Shown piece after piece: positions 12,204 to 23,600 of a DNA stretch of 64,000 bases. The notes under the pieces are model-generated. The model ran no database searches, was not told the DNA's origin, and was given only the letters and a program-made list of their open reading frames with translations. The first letter of the stretch is position 1, and every line of letters begins with the position of its first letter. This stretch comes from Selaginella moellendorffii. Taxonomy: Eukaryota > Plantae > Lycopodiophyta. The DNA lies in contig NW_003314300.1 of NCBI RefSeq assembly GCF_000143415.4, positions 42,908-106,907 of the forward strand, given 5' to 3'. The translations under genes and the position numbers were made by a program.

Positions 12204-15092
12204 ATGGCATCCGGCATGGCGATTGCGAGCGTCGAGGAGAAAATCGAAGCAGTCCAGAAACAAATCGAAAAGGAAAAAGATACCGAGAAGAGGAAGCGGC
12301 TGTGGGAGGAAAAGAAGCAGCTGCGGGAGGAAAAGAAGCGCCTGCGAAACGAAGAGGAGCAGCTGCAGGATGTAAAGCCGTGGGATATTAAGAGTAAGTG
12401 GTTGACCTTTGTGGGCTGGCTGCTTTTTGCCTCTAGGATTGTCTGGCTGTTTTGTGGCTTGACAAGTTCATATTTCTGTTTCAGCGACCCTGGCGATGGC
12501 ACTTCAAACTGCGGCAGGTAAGCACTTGCTCTTGTCTGTCTGGCGACTGTCTGGCTTGCTAGTTCGTTTTGGATCGGTTTGTGTTGTAGTAGTGTCGAAG
12601 TTGCTGGATGTATACGGAGAAAAACTGGAGGACGCAAGGTGTTTTCACCGGATGCCTGAGACGAGGGTGCCAACCTGCAAGTTGCCTCTTCTGGACAACG
12701 GTGGGCAGCCGTGTTTACGTACGGACTTGGGAGATTATTTTACTTTGGTCGGAAGGGAGGAGACGATTCAGCATCTCATGGCAGCCGCTGCACGGGTGTT
12801 TGGAACTTTCATGAACACGACGGCCAATACCTCGGATATTGAACGAAAAGATTTCTTGTTGATGCTCATCGGATTTCCTGGCGCAGGTAAAACAACTGTC
12901 GGGACATGCCTCTCAGCTCTTCTCAGAGAAGCGTGGGAGAGGGACACAAAAACAGGGGATATAGATGGCCTTGTAGAGGATCAGCTAGGCCACAAAGGGC
13001 TTGTGAAGCAGTTCAAAGAAATGGTGAACAACGTGTTGGAGACCGGCAAAGATCTTACAATGTATCATTCGGTTGAAACTACGAGGGCAGGGGATGTAAC
13101 TTTCCTGGAGGACGGCCTGGCACCAGAACAGGTTTTGGCCCTTCGGTGCTTTCATGCAGCTCTTTGTCCAATGAACACTACTAGTTATGGCCGCTTTCTC
13201 AGGCAGTTGGATGACAAATTTCCAGGCCTGAGGAATGTGCTGACTTTGGGAAATGTGATCGACTTCATTCGAACTGGTCTTAAGGTTCCTGCGGATAAGC
13301 GAATTTTCCTATCTTGGTTTTTTGATGACGTCAACAAGGCCCAACCTGAGCCCGGCTGCCCACCCGCATTGTCCTGGATTCATGATGCTTTCTCGGCCTA
13401 CGTTCAACATATCAAAGATAACCGAGGTGGCCTGACGTTTCCTATACTTACAGCAGCAACGACCGACTTTGCCGGGGCCACAATGCGCTACACATCAACG
13501 GAGAAGGCTCTAAGTATTTTTATACCTATCAGGCCTTTGAAAGAGCACGAGGTGGTCAGAGTTACAAAAATCTTCCTTACAAGACTAGGAAATACTCTGG
13601 ACATGGAGAAACCATTTGAGCTCAAGGACGGACTAAGGAACCTGATAAAGTTATCAGGAGGGAATCCTCGCATGCTTGATCACCTTTTGAGAGGGTTGAT
13701 GCCTGACCACCTTTATTTGGATGCTTCGAAGTTCTATGAAAAGGTTTCCTTGTCTTTTATCTTGATGTGACGAGAAAATTTCTATGTTTGTTACAGGTGA
13801 ATCAAGATCTCACTCAAATCGATCTCCGTAACACAATAACGACTGCCTGGGGTAATATCAAACGTGGTTTTTATTATCAGTACCTTAAGGACGAGAAGTA
13901 TTTGTTGGTGTTACGAGCTTTTTATGTTGCGCTGCTGGGGACCCTGATCCGTCGGGAAGAACTAGTCTGGCCAGGTAGCAGATATAAAGATAACTGGGGG
14001 TCTTTAGAGTCTTGCGGTTTAGTTGGACTCTTACACAACGAGGTACTATTTTGATATTTCAGAGTTTATGTCAGAACTTATGGTTGTCAATTACAGGAGC
14101 TGCCATCTAACGAGAAGATTAAATTATCAAGAGATGAAGATGCTGCTTTCTCCATCATGTTCTCTCCACTCCTCATTTACCATCTTGTCGAGAACCTACA
14201 TGTGGCGGAGCTCCAGGATTTGTGTCTACCTAAACTAATCTCTAATCCCAAAAACAAGGAGGTATCTGATCTGATGTCCATTGTGTTGATGATCTATATG
14301 TTGTGGCTTTTTCATGATTGTGAGGGGAAGGGAACAGTATTTGAGTTTAGACTTGAAGAAATTCTTCCCTCCAATTTCTGCATTCCTGCAACTATGCAAG
14401 CTTTGAAGTTCCAGCTGCCAGCTGGTGCAAAGTTTGGACATCTGACACATCAGCCTCATCAGATACATACAGCAGATGTATTTCAGGCCTTCCTAAGAGA
14501 CAACAGTCAGCAGTTTTATTGGGTTGGTGTTGGCAACCACGGACCTGATAGCTTCATCCATCTACAGCTGGTGGATGCTGAGGACATGCTGCAAGACTTC
14601 TTTTTATTTATTGAGAGCAAACACAGGTATAAAAAATCTTTATAAAGCTCACTATAATGTACTGTAATAGGGATGTTTATGAAGGGCAGCAAGCCAATTG
14701 GGAAGAAAACTTTGAGAAAAAAATATGGACAATAAAGCAATGGATGAATGAAGGTATTTATTTTCTAGTTGTGGGAGGTTAATTGTGTGTCTTTTCAGGT
14801 GAGAATTACGCCATGGTCTTTATGACCGAGCATTGGGTAACTTGATTTCCAAAGTCAAAAAATCTGAAAGGATGGTGGTGCTTGTGCCAAAGGTTCATCA
14901 ATGTTTATATGGGTATCCAATGCAAAGTCCATTTGGTAAGTTATTTTAATGCTTTTATTATTAGTTTTTTATGTTTTATTTGTAGGTTTATTAGGTGCTG
15001 TGTGTTTTGATCTCATGTACAAACCTAGTAATGAGCAAGATGACAGTTTTGATGAAGAGCCCAGCACTAAGAGGAGTCGTTGGTGTTTTTAA
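12204..15092 (+). CDS. Spliced Crinkler-like gene: coiled-coil header + P-loop NTPase + PD-(D/E)xK nuclease; 4-bp deletion near 14829 truncates the C-terminus
   Basis: Telobox at 12187 and ATG at 12204. Header EEKKQLREEKKRLRNEEEQL; Walker A GFPGAGKTT; Walker B WFFDDVN; GGNPRML; nuclease motif GNHGPDSF...FLFIESKHR. Exons about 12204-12393, 12485-12517, ~12590-13743, 13797-14042, 14097-14626, 14671-14752, 14799-14935, 14986-15092. Confidence 0.7.
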
Positions 15093-15746
15093 AATGCTGT
15101 TTCCATATTTACTCGTTGACCAATAATATTAAACATAAAAGGATGTTTTGACATTGTTAAACACTACTCTTGTGTTTTGTAATTACAATTCCAGCTTAAA
15201 TTTTTTTTATCGCTATAATAATAATTAGTTCCAGTAATTATTAGTTTTCTCTTTTTTAATTTATAAACTTTCCTAAACACTTCCTAGTATATTCTAGTTT
15301 GTTCTACCATCTAATCATTGATATTTGATAACATTAATCTTGTGTAAATTATAAATATGTTTATAATTATAAACTTCCATTTGATTAATTGGATTAATAA
15401 ATAAGAATAACACTACTATTAAGAAAACTAAGTGTTGCTGCATGCAAAACGTAATTGACAACTGAACAATATCCATAGCACAATCCAAATCTGACATATT
15501 TATGTGATTGATTAAACAGAATCACCTGTAGTTAATTTATATTAGCCAAAAACTTGCTAAACTTAGGGTTAGGGTACCATGTTCACGTGTGGTGAATGGG
15601 AAGAGAAAAGGACACTAAAGAATGGAATGGAACGCCTAGAGCTTTAAATGCAAGCGAAGAATATGTTAGTCTCATGGAATAATGCACCCTATTGAGATGA
15701 AATATAGCCACTTGAGATATAAAGTGCTAAAGGTGATGGTGTTTGG

Positions 15747-16281
15747 TGTAAACTCTTAAATTTGGACTGCCCGGGAGGTCATCCAGCCTAGTACTATTCA
15801 AACTCAAGGATATTTAACCCCAAGTATCCCAAGACTCTTAATTGATTGAAAAAGAAGGTGCATTTTTATTCATGGGCCCTTTCTCTTTATATTTGAACCT
15901 TTATGGAACTTCTTTCGAGTTGTTCCTTTTGGTTGTTTTGGAAGCTAAAAGCCACAACTCTTCTAAGAGCCCCACTCTCTTGACACCCTACCCCTTAGGT
16001 TTGCTAAATGTCAAATCAACATATAATGTGATTCCCTTACCTAACCAATAGAGTCAGACTCAAGACCCTTTTTTTATACCAAATGTAAACTCCTAAATTT
16101 AAACTTCCTAAGAAATCACCCAACCTAATATTATTCAAACCTAAAGATATTTAACCCCAAATATCCCAAGACCCTTAACTGATTTGAAAAAAGGGTGCAC
16201 TCTTATTCATGGATCTTTTACTTTTATATTTAAACCCTTATTATGGATCGTATTTCAAATCATTCCCTTTAGTTATTTACA
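15747..16281 (-). mobile_element. Cassandra-type TRIM (5S-like LTRs), degenerate, TSD TTTGG
   Basis: Two ~200-bp repeats starting TGTAAA at 15747 and 16084; decayed PBS (tatacca) next to the second; flanked by TTTGG on both sides; empty site gtgtttggctgac at 22868. Confidence 0.8.
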
Positions 16282-18192
16282 TTTGGCTAACAAAATCCAT
16301 TTAACCTTATCTCCCAAAACATTTCCAAAGACACTTTACTCTTTTCATTCTGAGCATAGTAAGAGAGGATCAAGTTCTAGGATATAATATTATGATGGCT
16401 TCACCCATGGATCTTGGAACACTAGTATGGAGTCTCTATACTGGACATATATGGAGATTAATGGGTTTCTATGGTGTTCTTGCTTGCTAGCATCTCTCAC
16501 AATCTAAGAGACTTGGCTTGTAGCAAATCCCTTTAACAACACAAGTATCAATAATTGATAATAGCCAAAATCATTGAGCTTGATATTATGAGCCTAGAAA
16601 CTTTGAGAGCTCCCTTGTAATTCATGAGAAGCATTGACTTCTCTTACTGAGATTGGGATGATCCTTTCACATCGATTCATATGCAAACCAGATGCATTTG
16701 CACTGTGAGCAAAGGATTCTTCTTGAGCAAGCCATGCATATCATGTTGTTCTGGAAAAATGAGAAAGCATGATGTACAGAAGACTTAGAGGCATTTCCTG
16801 AGCTGGAAATGAAGGAGACATACTAAGAAAATACCATACCAATTCAAATGTGTCAGCTTCATAAGCTTTTGTTTTGTAGAGTCTGTAAACTTTCTATCAG
16901 CAATGTAAGCTAAAGGTTGTACCAGAGATGATAAAGCAACACAGACTTGCCAATAGGTTGCTTTGCTCCTCATATTTTGGCATTAAGAACAACACTTAAT
17001 TATATCTGGAAATTTGATATACTGAAGTATTTCATTCATAACCTATTGAAAATTCTCCAATCCTTGTCTGTTTCAATGGAAGCAAGCAATGGACAAAGAA
17101 ATCATGTCTATCATGTATGTATATTTTTTATAAAGTGATTCTAAACAAAATTTTAACACTTATCATCTTCACAAGTAGCAATTAGGAATCCATCCTTGGA
17201 AACACTTTGTCTTTCCCACAATTTATTAGCCCCTAACACATTAGTGTTCTTGGCCTAACTTTGCCTTTTGGATTCTTTCTCATGGTTCCCATTAAGATAA
17301 TCCACACCATATTGTTTGTTCGTAGCCTTGTACAATGAGTTGAGCTTTATGACAGCTAATAAAACCATCAAAGTTGAGATTTGTCTTATTGACCCATTAA
17401 CTCCTAAGAGCTACCATTTGAGATTTATCACATTGATCTCATCCTAAATATTATAATATGGTTACTTTAAAGTTATTTTGTTATTTAAAGAGATTAAACT
17501 ACATGTTTACTCAAATAGTTTATTGTGGAGTATAATACAAAATCACTAGTTAAATATAAATTTAGAATTCTTTTTAAAAAATTATTTTTGGCATATGATC
17601 ATTGGACAAAAATGTGGTTTATCTTTTATGGCCATAATGCTGCATGCAAACGCTGGATTTTTAACTTGGTTCTGAGCCATTCAGAAAAAGCTTGCACACT
17701 GATAAATCAAACTTGATCTTTTTTTTAAGGCTTTGTGTACATTAAAACCGCAGGCTAGCCTTACACCAATCTTTCTTTCTTCTTTCAATCAGGAAAGGTG
17801 ATGGAATAGCAAAAGAAAAAGACCCAACCCAAAGTTGACAAACCAACCTTGGCATGAGAATGATCTTGCTCCATGGCCCGATCTTGTCACGTTCCATCGC
17901 ATTTCTCTCAGGTCCCTAGCTCGGCCAGAGTCGAGACGAAAAGGGGAAATTACTTATTACTCCTGAATAAGCAAGCCCGAGAAAGAGCCGTTGACTTACA
18001 TTGACTTTTATTGGTCAAAGAATCGTTGTCGGCATCCGCGATTCGTTAGTAAAGCTTTCTTCTGCAACAGTGATTTTTTTATGGCGCTTGTTCGCGGAAA
18101 TCCGGTGAAGTAGCGAGGAAAAGAAAATTCTCTCTGGGCTATCGGTCTTGTCTTTTTTTCTTTGTCTGTCTTCTTTCTAATGTTTTCTCCCG

Positions 18193-19384
18193 CTAGCACA
18201 TTTGGCCGGGCTGGAGCTCTTGGCGGCGAAGATGCCACTCCGCTAGCGGAAGAACGAGATATGGGCGCTCGCTGTCCACCGTGAAACGATCATCGTCCAC
18301 CTTATGCGCGAAGAGTGTAGCACACAGCACAAGCGTGTGGTCCTTGGAGTCATTGCTAGTGTGGAGCCTCGCATAACTGGGCGTTGACTGCATTCCGTTC
18401 GCCATGATCGAAGCAACGTTCCTCGTTTCGGTGCCGTGCCACAGGAACTTCCACACCGCTGGGTCGTCAGCTGGTTCGAATTCGTCACTGATGTTACCTG
18501 GTGATCATGCTCAAGCTGAAAAGAATTCCATAAGAAACAGTGAGCTCTTACCGAGATCGGGACGATACATTCGCAACCATTCATATGCTTCCGCAAACCG
18601 GGTGTAGGGAGCGTATGTCCCGCGATTCTGCACCGTGAGGAAATGATTCCGCTTGAGCGAGATGGGCACATCGGTGCACTCCGTGCTGTTGACCAGTTTC
18701 TGGATGAACGAACATGACACGATGCGGAGAGGCTGCATATCCTGAGCACGATTTCAAAGCTTAAATGCAGGCAAAGATCCGGACTAGGAAAATAGCATAC
18801 CAGTTCAAGTGCGTCGTCGTCATCCTCAATGTCAGCTTGGTCGTCTTGGAGATTCTGCATTAGAAAACTTTCTATCAGCAAAGTAAGCCAAAGCTGTGAA
18901 CGAACCTTTTCCTTGGACTGTCGAGAGCACGCAGAAGCACACAAGGTTACCAGAGATGATAACGCCCAGCAACATAGACTCGCCAATCCTTGCTACAAAA
19001 CACATATCGCTCGGACTCATTTTTTTGCAAGAACAACGCTTGTACCAATTTGTCGTGAGCTCGCGGGGCCTGGAATTCTGTAGAAGGAACTTTTAACGAC
19101 TCTTAAAGAGAAGATCGAGTCAAATCTTTGAAAGCATACCGGTTGCTCGAGCGCTGGGTTCTCATTTCCCTGCATGAAAGATTATTGCCAGATTTCGAGA
19201 CAAATCCTAGGAAAGAAATCTGCATTGTACCGGAAACTCGTCTAGAGGTTGCGCGGGTAGTCGAGGCTCATCGTTCTGTGGAACAGATCCACTACAGTGC
19301 TGCCGGCAAAGGGATTACAACGTAGAACAGTACCTTTTCCGAGATTTTTAGAATTTCTTCGTGACCTCCACTGCCAGGCTCCAT
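18193..19384 (-). pseudogene. PARP/ART-fold gene copy 1 (in-frame 51-nt deletion removes the YGRPETYF motif)
   Basis: Multi-exon, predicted start MEPGSGGHEEILK; TVQNRGTYAPYTRFAEAY; FLWHGT; reads NGMQS|TPSYA where the paralogs have SWANAYGRPETYFWFTP. Confidence 0.6.
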
Positions 19385-19762
19385 CGCACGCTCGAAATCT
19401 TTGCATTGGCGCCAGCAGCAGAAAGATTAGAAATGCTTGACATCGGAGAAAGGATCGATCGAGCGCGACCACAGTACCTGCTGGCGGCCGGAAGCCGGAT
19501 TGGCCCGGGCGCTCACAAAGGCGATGGATTTCGACGGCCTAGCTGTCGGAGGCGAAGAGCGCTTACAGAGAATGCGATAACCTAGCAAGCAAGGGGCTCT
19601 TCTTCCCTCTACGAGCTTAAACCTTCACAGCTCGCCCAACAGCAAATAGAAGACGACCACGTGCAAGAATAGCATAATTCTGGCATCTTTTTAAAATTTC
19701 TCGCGCCTCTTTGTTGCCATATATAACAAACCTAAAGCGATCTTCTTCCACAAGTTTTTAAA

Positions 19763-19830
19763 GGGGATGTAGTGGTTTTCAAATTTTCAATACTGAAAAG
19801 ATTTCCCGGGTTCGACTCCTGGCATCCCCA
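19763..19830 (+). ncRNA. tRNA-like RNA copy 1 (no canonical D or anticodon loop)
   Basis: Acceptor GGGGATG/CATCCCC + discriminator A; T arm CCGGG-TTCGACT-CCTGG; TTTTCA-ATAC-TGAAAA stem; upstream TATATAA (~19720) and CAA (19751); T6 at 19839-19844. Confidence 0.65.
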
Positions 19831-19851
19831 ATCTTAAATTTTTTGCTCTAT

Positions 19852-21241
19852 CTAGAGCTGGATATATGTTCTTCCTTCTCAACTCCTGGATTTGAGCTTG
19901 CTCCTCCCTCATGCCACTGCTCGCGTAGATCGCCTCCATCAAAACAAATACCCCGCCTCGTGCCTCGCCTCCACTTCAACCAGCCGATAGAAAGCAAGCT
20001 TTCCGACCGCCGCATTCTTCCACTGCTTGCAAGCGCCCAGCACCGTTCTCCAAGCAACACCACTCGCCTCGCAAGGCATGGCTTTCACCATCTCCACCGC
20101 TTCCTCCAGCTCGTTTGCGCGGCCGAGAGCGTCCACCATGCACTGGTAGTGCTCGGCCCCGGGACAAACTCCATACTTCGCCTCCATCTCCTTGAAGTAG
20201 CACTTCGCTTGGCGGACAAGCCCGCCATGGCTGCACGCCGTGAGGACGCAAAGAAGTGCGATCCCATCTGGTTGGAAGCCTTCGTCTTGCATCTCGTCGA
20301 AGAGCTTGAAAACCATTCGCGTGTCCCCGTCGCGGCTGTGTGCTGCTATCACGGACGTCCAGGCAACCGCGTCTGGTTTCTCCAGGGACTCGAAGACCTG
20401 CTGTGCCTTCGCTGCGTCCCCGGCTTTGCCATAGCCATCGACGACGCCGTTCGCTACAACGGGATCGTCCTGAGTCCACACCTGGAGATATCTGCGTGAA
20501 TTCCCTTCAGAGGCTCCAAGGCTCCCACGCTGCTGCTAGCTTTGAGAGCAGCCACGAAAGTTGGCGCGTCGGGTCTGTATCCCTGTGCTCGCATTTGATG
20601 GAAGCGTTGCAGGGAAAGCTCCCCCTGACCACTTTCGGCGAGCCCGAGTATCATCACAATCCAGGATACTGCGTCGTGAAGGCGCACCTTTGGAACACTT
20701 TCCAGGCGTCCCGGATGCTTCCACACTTGGCGTAGAAGCTGACGAGCGCGCTGGCTAGAAAAGTGTCCGAGTCGAGATCAAAGCTGGCCGCCCGAGCGTG
20801 AATCCCCACGGCTTTCTCGAGTGCCTCCTCTACTTTCACGAGCCTTCCATCCCCCATCTGTCTTCCCTGCTAGACTGCTGCAAGCCTTGAGTGCCGCACA
20901 TAACGTTCGAGAGGTTGGAACGCAGCTGCTGTTCGCTTCCCCGTTTGTGACATATCCCAGGATCAAAGCGTTCCAAGAGACGGGATCCTGAGGCGTCATC
21001 CCATCAAAAACTTTCCGAGCTTCGGCCAAACTCCCACACTTGACGTACATGTCCACCAATGCGTTCGCCACACTGACGTCCGTGTCGTAGCCACTCTTGA
21101 ATGCTTGAGAGTGCAAAGCTGCGCCTGTTCCCAGCGACTCAGCCTTCACCATCCTGCCTTCAACATCCTTGGCTTCCTCTGTTGCTCCCAATACACTGCA
21201 GGCCCTGATCGCAGCGGCAAAACTGTACACATTTGGTAGAA
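19852..21241 (-). pseudogene. 5'-truncated, frameshifted PPR copy (unit 1)
   Basis: Near-identical to the 3' 1.4 kb of the 44811-48386 PPR gene; split into several ORFs. Confidence 0.9.
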
Positions 21242-21992
21242 AGTGGAAAGGGAACAGTATTTGAGTTTAGACTTGAAGAAATTCTTCCCTCCAATTTCCA
21301 CATTCTTGCAAGTATGCGAGCTTTGAAGTTCTGGCTGCCACCTGGTGCAAAGTTTGGACGTCCGACACATCAGCCTCATCAGATACATACAGCAGACGTA
21401 TTTCAGGCCTTCCTAAGAGACAACAGTCAGCAGTTTTATTGGGTTGGTGTTGGCAACCACGGACCTGATAGCTTCATCCATCTGCAGCTCGTGGACGCTG
21501 AGAACAAGCTGCAGGACTTCTTTTTATTTATTGAGAGCAACAGGTATAAAAAACGTTTATAAAGCTCAATGTAATGTATTGTATAACAGGGATGTTTATG
21601 AAGGACAGCAAGCCAATTGGGAAGAAAACCTTGAGAAACAATAATGAAGGTATTCATTTTCTAGTTGTGGGAGGTCAATTGTGTGTATTTTCAGGTGAGA
21701 ATTACGTCATGGTCTTTATGACCGATCAAGCATTGGGTAACTTGATTTCCAAAGTCAAAAAATCTGAATGGATGGTGGTGCTTGTGCCAGAGGTTCATGA
21801 ATGTTTATATGGGTATCCAGTGCAGAGTCCATTTGGTAAGTTATTTTAATGCTTTTATTATTAGTTTTTTATGTTTTATTTGTAGGTTTATTAGGTGCTG
21901 TGTGTTTTGATCTTGTCTATAAACCTAGTAATGAGCAAGATGACAGTTTTAATGAAGAGCCCAGCACGAAGAGGAGTCGTTGTTGTTTTTAA
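21242..21992 (+). pseudogene. CRN-like 3' fragment (nuclease region), unit 2
   Basis: Matches 14320-15092; retains GNHGPDSF..FIES and the MTDQALGNLISK frame that is lost in the full-length copy. Confidence 0.85.
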
Positions 21993-22734
21993 AATGCTGT
22001 TACCATATTTACTTGTTTACCAATAATATTAAACATAAAAGGATGTTTAAACACTATGTGAAGATTCCCTGATTATAGAATCTTGACCATGAGTGTGTTT
22101 TGTAATTATAATTCCAGCTTAGAAAAATAATTTATCTTTTATATAGTTAATCTTTAATAGTTATAATAATAATTAATTTTAGTAATTATTGTATAGGATG
22201 GTTGTGGATATACCTATAATATTCTTAGATATCTAAAGACCAACAGTTGTTATTCATTTAGATTAATCTTATATTTATAATTTATAAACATTTTTATTAA
22301 TTTTTAAGTATTATATTTAATTTTTTTTTAATTTATAAACTTTTCTAAACACTTCTTAGTATATTCTAGCTTTTTTTACCATCCAGTCATTTATATTCAA
22401 TAAGATTAATCTTGTGTTTATAATTATAAACTTCCAGTTGATTAATTGGATTATTAAATAGGAATAACACTACTATTAAGAAAACTAAACATTGCTACTT
22501 ACAAAGCATAATTGATGACTAAACAATATCATAGCACAATCCAAATCTAACATCTATGTGATTGATTAAACAGAATAGTAAGAAGATCCAAAAATAAACT
22601 AGACTTCACTTTTGAAGAATTGAAAACAAAAAAGAATAAAACTTTGAGCTAAAAATTAAAATCCATCAACTTGCCAAACTTAGCAGACATTGCCAGAGCC
22701 AAAACACAAACCCATTTCGTAAGTCAAGTGAAAG

Positions 22735-23070
22735 TCAATAACATCTTAGACCTTCATAGACATGCTCTAGATTTGAGAATATGCCCCAGCACAATATCAT
22801 CTCTACTACAGGGGATGGAATAGTGCACACTATTGAGATGAAATACAGCCATTTGCTAAAGGTGATGGTGTTTGGCTGACAAAATCCATTTATCCTTATC
22901 TCCCAAAACATCTCCAAAGACTCCTTGCTCCTTCCATTTTGAGCATAGTAAGAGAGGATCAAGATCCATGATACAATATCATGATGGTTCTATCCACAAA
23001 TCTTGGAACACTAATATGGAGCTTCCACACTAGCCATACATGGAGATTAATGTGTTCTTGCTTGCTGGCA
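22735..23070 (-). pseudogene. Older, decayed PPR remnant (paralogs at ~15680-16500, 31400-31650, 38458-38706)
   Basis: ILSYYAQNGRSKESLEMFWEIRINGFCQPNTITF here; NTLISMYGQCG in the unit-4 paralog. Confidence 0.75.
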
Positions 23071-23104
23071 TCTCCCACAATCTAAGAGACTTGGCTTGTC
23101 ATAC

Positions 23105-23600
23105 CAGCACAAGCATCAATCATTGATAGTAGCTGAAATCATTGAGTTTGATACCATGAGCCTGGAAACTTTGAGAGCTCCCTTGCAATTCATGAGAAGC
23201 ACTAACTTCTGTTACCAAGATTGGGATGATCCTTTCACATTGATTCATATGCAAACCAGGTGCATTTGCACTGTGAAGAAAGGATTCCTCTTAAGCAAGA
23301 CATGCACATCGTGTTGTTCTGGAAAAATGAGAAAAGACACAATGTACAGAAGACTTAGAGGCATTTCCTGAGCTGGAAATGAAGGAGATGAACTAAGAAA
23401 ATAACATACCAATTCAAATGTATTAGCTTCATGAGCTTTTGTTTTGTAGAGTCTGCAAATTTTCTATCAGCAACATAAGCTAAAGGTTGTACCAGAGATG
23501 ATAAAGCAACATAGACTTGCCAATAGGTTGCTTCGTTCATATTTTGGCATTACCAAGAACAACACTTGACTATATCTTGAAAATTAGATATACTGAAGTA
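23105..23600 (-). pseudogene. Older, diverged remnant of the ART-like gene (paralogs at ~16540-17000, 31680-32150, 38740-39210)
   Basis: Colinear with ART exons and introns: LKRNPFFTVQ vs LKRNPFLTVQ; tttctatcagcaa..taagctaaag; taccagagatgataa; ataccaattcaa. Confidence 0.6.

Noticed and set aside
19763-19830. Canonical tRNA-Ala, tRNA-Gly or tRNA-Sec call
   Set aside because: The GGGGATGTAG start resembles tRNA-Ala, but there is no G3:U70 pair, no 7-nt anticodon loop closed by a stem and no long variable arm
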